Below the pieces are notes generated by a model, which was not told where the DNA came from, searched no databases, and saw nothing but the letters and a program-made list of their open reading frames with translations. This document shows, one piece after another, positions 58,506-64,000 of a DNA stretch of 64,000 bases. The stretch is from the NCBI GenBank assembly GCA_964016885.1, contig OZ024762.1, positions 15,810,001 through 15,874,000 on the forward strand, given 5' to 3'. The position numbers and the translations under genes are program-made. Position 1 is the first letter of the stretch; each line of letters opens with the position of its first letter. This DNA is from Eledone cirrhosa (Eukaryota).

Positions 58506-59176
58506 TTACTACTACTGCTGCTACTACTACTACTACCACTACTACTGCTGCTGCTGTTACTACTACTACTACTACTACTGCTGCTGTTACTACTACTACT
58601 ACTGCTACTACTACTACTGTTGCTACTACTACTGCTACTACTACTACTGCTGTTACTACTACTACTACTACTACTGCTGCTGCTCCTGCTGCTGCTACTA
58701 CTACTACTACTACTGCTGTTGCTACTGCTGCTACTACTACTGCTGCTGTTACTACTACTACTACTACTACTACTGCTGTTACTACTACTACTACTACTAC
58801 TACTAATGCTACTATCACTACTACTGCTACTGCTACTACTACTATAACACCACCAACACCAACACCACCACCACCACCACCAACACCACCACCACCAACA
58901 CCAACACCTACAACAACAACAACACCACCAACACCACCACCACCAACACCAACACCTACAACACCACCACCACCAACATCAACAACAACAACAACACCAC
59001 CAACACCAACACCTACAACAACAACACCACCACCACCAACACCAACAACAACAACAACACCATTTTCCCTATAAATACCTTTGAAATCTAAATCTATAAA
59101 TTCTCTTTGATATTTTTCTATGGTTTCTATATAAATAAAATATTTTGTTTGTTGACAGATGTGTGGTGACACCTCC

Positions 59177-59232
<56 letters not shown>

Positions 59233-59278
59233 CACCACTACTACTACTACTACTACCACCACCACCACCACTATAACC

Positions 59279-59322
<44 letters not shown>

Positions 59323-60459
59323 CACCACTACTACTACTACTACTACCACCACCACCACCACTATAACCACCACCACCACTACTACTACTACCACCACCAC
59401 TATAACCACCACCACCACTACTACTACCACCACTACTATTACCACCACTACTACCACCACCACTATAACCACCACCACCACTACTACTACTACCACCACC
59501 ACTACTACCACCACCACCACCACTATAACCACCACTACCACTATAACCACCACTACTACTACCTCCACCACCACCACCACTACTACTACCACCACTACTA
59601 CCACTATAACCACCACCATCACCACCACCACTACTACCTTCACCTCCACCACCACCTCCACCACCACCACCACTACTACCACCACCACTATAACCACCAT
59701 CACTACTACCTTCACCTCCACCACCACCACCACTATTACCTCACCTCCACCACCACCATCACTACTACCTTCACCTCCACCACCACCATCACTACTACCT
59801 TCACCTCCACCACCACCACCACTATTACCTCACCTCCACCACCAACACCATCACTACTACCTTCACCTCCACCACCACCACCACCACTATTACCTCACCT
59901 CCACCACCAACACCATCACTACTACCTTCACCTCCACCACCACCACCACCACTATTACCTCACCTCCACCACCAACACCATCACTACTACCTTCACCTCC
60001 ACCACCACCACCACCACTATTACCTCACCTCCACCACCAACACCATCACTACTACCTTCACCACCACCAACCAACACCACCACAAATACCACCATTGCCG
60101 CCACCATCATCTCCACCATCGCTACCCCACCATCACCACTATCACAACCACTAGCACTACCATCATTGCCACCACCACAAACACTACACTATCACCATCA
60201 CCAACCCATTTCTTCCTGACAGGTTATTCCCCCAGTACACAACTGGTACTGTATTTCTCCATCTAGAAACGTTGAAATGCAAATTTGACCTCGGTGAAAT
60301 TTGAACTCAGAGAGTGTAGAGAGGCAGAACAAATAGCAAAATATTTTTAACCCAGCGCCATAATGACTCTGTCAGTTCCACCACCAAATTGTAATTCCTT
60401 ATATTAACCAATTCTATTTTTACTATTTCTTCGCTTGTTTGTTTGTTTTTCCAAATCAG

Positions 60460-60606
60460 GGAAAGAAATTTGCTGCAGACCTTCTTCCAAACGGCAAAAT
60501 CAGATGGCAGGAGAATAATGAAATTTTCAACTCACCAAGTGCCTGGGCTAGTCACTGTAAAAAACTGGTCAATCCTGCCAAAAAATCTGGTTGTGGTTGG
60601 GCATCT
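60460..60606 (+). CDS. MPND: MPND exon, RAMA domain core
   Basis: ttttccaaatcag|GGA AAG...GCA TCT|gtaagt, 147 nt, phase 0-0. Encodes GKKFAADLLPNGKIRWQENNEIFNSPSAWASHCKKLVNPAKKSGCGWAS, the characteristic MPND RAMA motif. Confidence 0.95.
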
Positions 60607-60651
60607 GTAAGTATAACCCTTGTCACACCACACCACCTTTTTTTTTCACCC

Positions 60652-61360
60652 TTTAACCTTTACATTACTCTATATATACTATTGTATTTTCACAGTAAAG
60701 GCTTTTCCTCACATAATATCTCACATAACATTTACATTACTCTATATATACTATTGTATTTTCACAGTAAAGGCTTTATCTCACATAATATCTCACATAA
60801 CATTACTCTATATATACTATTGTATTTTCACAGTAAAGGCTTTATCTCACATAATATCTCACATAACATTACTCTATATATACTATTGTATTTTCACAGT
60901 AAAGGCTTTATCTCACATAATATCTCACATAACATTTACATTACTCTACATATACTATTGTATTTTCACAGTAAAGGCTTTACCTCACATAATATCTCAC
61001 ATAACATTACTCTATATATACTATTGTATTTTCACAGTAAAGGCTTTACCTCACATAATATCTCACATAACATTTACATTACTCTATATATACTATTGTA
61101 TTTTCACGGTAAAGGCTTTACCTCACATAATATCTCACATAACATTTACATTACTCTACATATACTATTGTATTTTCACAGTAAAGGCTTTACCTCACAT
61201 GATATCTCACATAACATTTACATTACTCTATATATAGTATTGTATTTTCACTGTAAAGGCTTTACCTCACATAATATCGAATCTAAGAGATTTTGATATT
61301 ATTTATTTTGAGAACAATACCTTAACATAAGTATGAGTGGCCGGTTATGGCCATGTTAAC
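60652..61360. mobile_element. Same MITE family with expanded 72/66-bp array, in MPND intron
   Basis: Same unit and the same downstream gatattatttattttgagaacaatacc segment as 27641-28438. Confidence 0.7.
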
Positions 61361-61448
61361 ATACACCCAGTTCACTCTGTAAAATACACCCAATTTCTGG
61401 CCTTGTGCCAAAATTAGAAACCATTATTATTATTATTATTATTATTGT

Positions 61449-62152
61449 TCTTTGAGTCTCAGTCATTGATGTTAGTTAACTGGAAAGTTTATTGAAATGA
61501 ATCCTAAGTATTTATAGGTTTGTTCCTGCTCAAGTTCCTTTATGATTGTTTCAGCATCCAATTCAACTGAGTCTGAGTTGACAAGCTTCCCCTTCTTGAA
61601 AGTGGCTTTTGCACACTTGTCAAGTCCAAACTCCATCCTAATGTCATCGCTAAACGTTTTTACTGTCTGCAAAAGGCCTTCCAGTTCGTCATTATCTTTG
61701 CAATATAGCTTCAAATCATCCATATAAATTAGGTGGCTTATTTTTTTGTTGTCAATTCTATAACCGTACCCTGTTCTATTAAGTTCGGATGTAAGGGGTA
61801 TTAAAGCTATGCAGAAAAGCAAGGGTGAAAGTGAGTCACCCTGGAATATACCACAGTTGATGTTTATATTCCTAGAGTACAGTACCCCAGTGGAATGGGA
61901 CAATTGGAGATTTGTGTTCCATAATGACATATTGTGTTTCAGTAAGTTTGAGATCACAGGTGAGATTTTGAAGATGTCCAGTGATTTCAGAATCCATGAG
62001 CGTGGAATGCTGTCAAAGGCTTTTTTATAATCGATCCATGCAGAACTGAGATTTCTGTGTTTATTATGACAGTTCTCAAGGACCATACAATTAATCAAAA
62101 GTTGATCTTTGCAACCATATAAACCTCGTCTGCACCCTTTTTGTTCAATGGG

Positions 62153-62153
<1 letters not shown>
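61449..62153 (-). mobile_element. R4/Dong-like RLE LINE, RT fragment joined directly to the element 3' UTR
   Basis: EQKGC, WIDYKKAFDSIP, GIFQGDSLSPLLF, SHLIYMDDLKLY, YKYLG motifs; flanked by (TAA)n. Confidence 0.88.
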
Positions 62154-62199
<46 letters not shown>

Positions 62200-62206
62200 G
62201 TTATTA

Positions 62207-62965
62207 CTCTTTGAGTCTCAGTCATTGATGTTAGTTAACTGGAAAGTTTGTTGAGATGAATATCAAGCCACTACCTGCAGCCTCAGATATTCAGGACGTA
62301 TCGGAGGGTTCTTGCTGTTCCCAGCAAGCATGCCTTTTGAAGCGTTCCAAAAAGCGTGAAGGGGCCAATTTTCTTTAACTATCCCTGGAAACTTTTTGAG
62401 ATAGTCCCTAGTGCGCCTATGACAATCGGGATCACTTTGACTTCATGGCAGTTCCAAATCCTTTTTACCTCCCACTTTAAGTCCTGGTATCGGTTAATTT
62501 TCTCCCTCTCCTTTTCTTGCACTCTCGTGTCGAATGAGCAAGCCACATCCACAATCAGGCACGATCTTTTTTCTTTGTCCAAAACCACCAGGTCAGGTCT
62601 ATTGTGTTCCAGTTTCTTGTCCGTCTGTATCCTAAAATCCCACAGCACCTTCACCTGATCGTTTTCTATCACCGCCTCTGGCTTATGCTCATACCACTTC
62701 TCAGAATGTGGTAAATTGTTTACTTTGCATAGGTGCCAGTGGATCACCCTGCCCATCACATCATGTCTCCAGCCCTTATAGTGGGTCTGGGCTAGGTGTT
62801 TACACTCGGATACAATGTGAGCCACAGTCTCCTCTCTCTCTCCACAGATCCTGCACAGTGGGCTAGCCTCCTCCTTGTAAATGTGGTGTTTCAACCACTT
62901 CGTTTTGAGGGCCTGCTCCTGCGCAGCCATTAACATTCCTTCTGTAGCCTTTTTAAGGTCTCCTC

Positions 62966-62966
<1 letters not shown>
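62207..62966 (-). mobile_element. R4/Dong-like LINE 3' part: CCHC zinc knuckle, restriction-like endonuclease and 3' UTR
   Basis: AAQEQAL, CRICGEREETVAHIVSEC, RHD, RPDLVV, IVDVAC, KINRYQDL, PIVIGALG motifs; flanked by (TAA)n. Confidence 0.9.
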
Positions 62967-62996
<30 letters not shown>

Positions 62997-63040
62997 GTTG
63001 TTATTTTCTTTATTTTTACTCCCTGAACTTTTATCTTCAG

Positions 63041-63127
63041 ATCAAATACAAAGGCAGGAAATTAGTATCCTGGAAATCTCTCTGGTGCCGGAAACAGCGA
63101 CAAAATGGCAGCGTCTGTGACAATCTG
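63041..63127 (+). CDS. MPND: MPND exon, end of RAMA domain
   Basis: ttttatcttcag|ATC AAA TAC...AAT CTG|gtaaga, 87 nt, phase 0-0. Encodes IKYKGRKLVSWKSLWCRKQRQNGSVCDNL, continuing GWAS-VKYKGQKL of MPND. This frame is not in the ORF track. Confidence 0.9.
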
Positions 63128-64000
63128 GTAAGAGAGGGTTAATAATTGTTTCTACTTTAGGCACAAGGCCAGCAATTAAACCAGTGCATTACTGGTACTT
63201 TATTTTATCAACCCTGTAAGGATGAAAGGCAAAGTTACCCTCAGCGGATTAAGAAAGGGCTAATAATGCTGCTTCCTTCCTTCACAATCTCTCTCTTCAG
63301 GTCTTTAAAATGGCTTTATCTGATATTGCTGGGTTGGTTGCACTATATACAGGGTGTGTGTGTGTCCCCCCAAAAAAAAATATATATATACACACTTTGA
63401 TTACCTGTACAGGTAATATTTATTAGAATGGTGTAAAGTGAAAGTACGTTATAATGAAATTAATGAGGTATAAAAGAAAATTTGTTGTAACGAAAACTTC
63501 TTTATAATGAGATCGATAGAACCAAATCGAGCGTTTGTTTGTTATTACTCTGGGTGGTGGCTTGGCAGTATCGGTAGAGGGTCGGACGCCATACTTTGCA
63601 GCAAAGAGTTACGGCACTTTATGGTCTGAGTTCAAATCCCGCCAAAGTTAACTTTGCCTTTCATCCTTACGGGGTCGATAAAATAAAGTACCAGTAACGT
63701 ACTGGGTCAACTTAATCGACTTTCCCCTCCCTCCAAATTACTGGCCTTGTGCCTATACTAGAAACCATCATCATCATCATCATCAGTGTTTTTATATTGG
63801 TTGGTTGTCTTTTATATATACACATATATAAAACACAACCATATCTTTGGCGCTACGCAGTAATACAGAAGACCCACCTTGCCTATGTACAAAGCGAAAC
63901 CTACAGCCAGTAGGCACCTCTTAACAAAATATACACCCCAATCCACTACCCCTACCCTATCCTCCCACTCCCACCGACACCACCCCCTCTCTATAAAGTT

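Noticed and set aside
58427-60154. Mucin-like Thr/Pro ORFs
   Set aside because: Trinucleotide microsatellites inside an MPND intron whose flanking exons join in phase without them.
60607-61296. C-terminal repeat part of the 285-aa ORF as MPND sequence
   Set aside because: Read-through past the gtaagt donor into an intronic MITE array; the real next exon is 63041-63127.

Overview
Repeat-saturated, AT-rich eukaryotic genomic DNA. The SINE/LINE complement and extreme (TA)n/(CA)n/(CAC)n load suggest an octopod cephalopod (inference). Almost all ORFs in the supplied track are microsatellite artefacts. The one host gene I can support is MPND (RAMA-domain part; three + strand exons at 54754-55883, 60460-60606 and 63041-63127, continuing beyond the window). 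Transposons include a near-intact DD37D Tc1/mariner, RTE, CR1 and R4/Dong LINE fragments, two Penelope-like (PLE) ORF fragments, two tRNA-SINE families, piggyBac-type MITEs and a probable non-autonomous Helitron, several of which have spawned minisatellites. The main unexpected signal is about 18 type-I hammerhead ribozyme motifs plus several half-ribozymes, from many unrelated sequence families. They sit in 150-400 bp islands inserted in (TA)n tracts, often as long fold-back palindromes that place a hammerhead on each strand. This looks like a diverse, microsatellite-targeting PLE-terminus/retrozyme-like system. All folds were done by eye; no searches were run.
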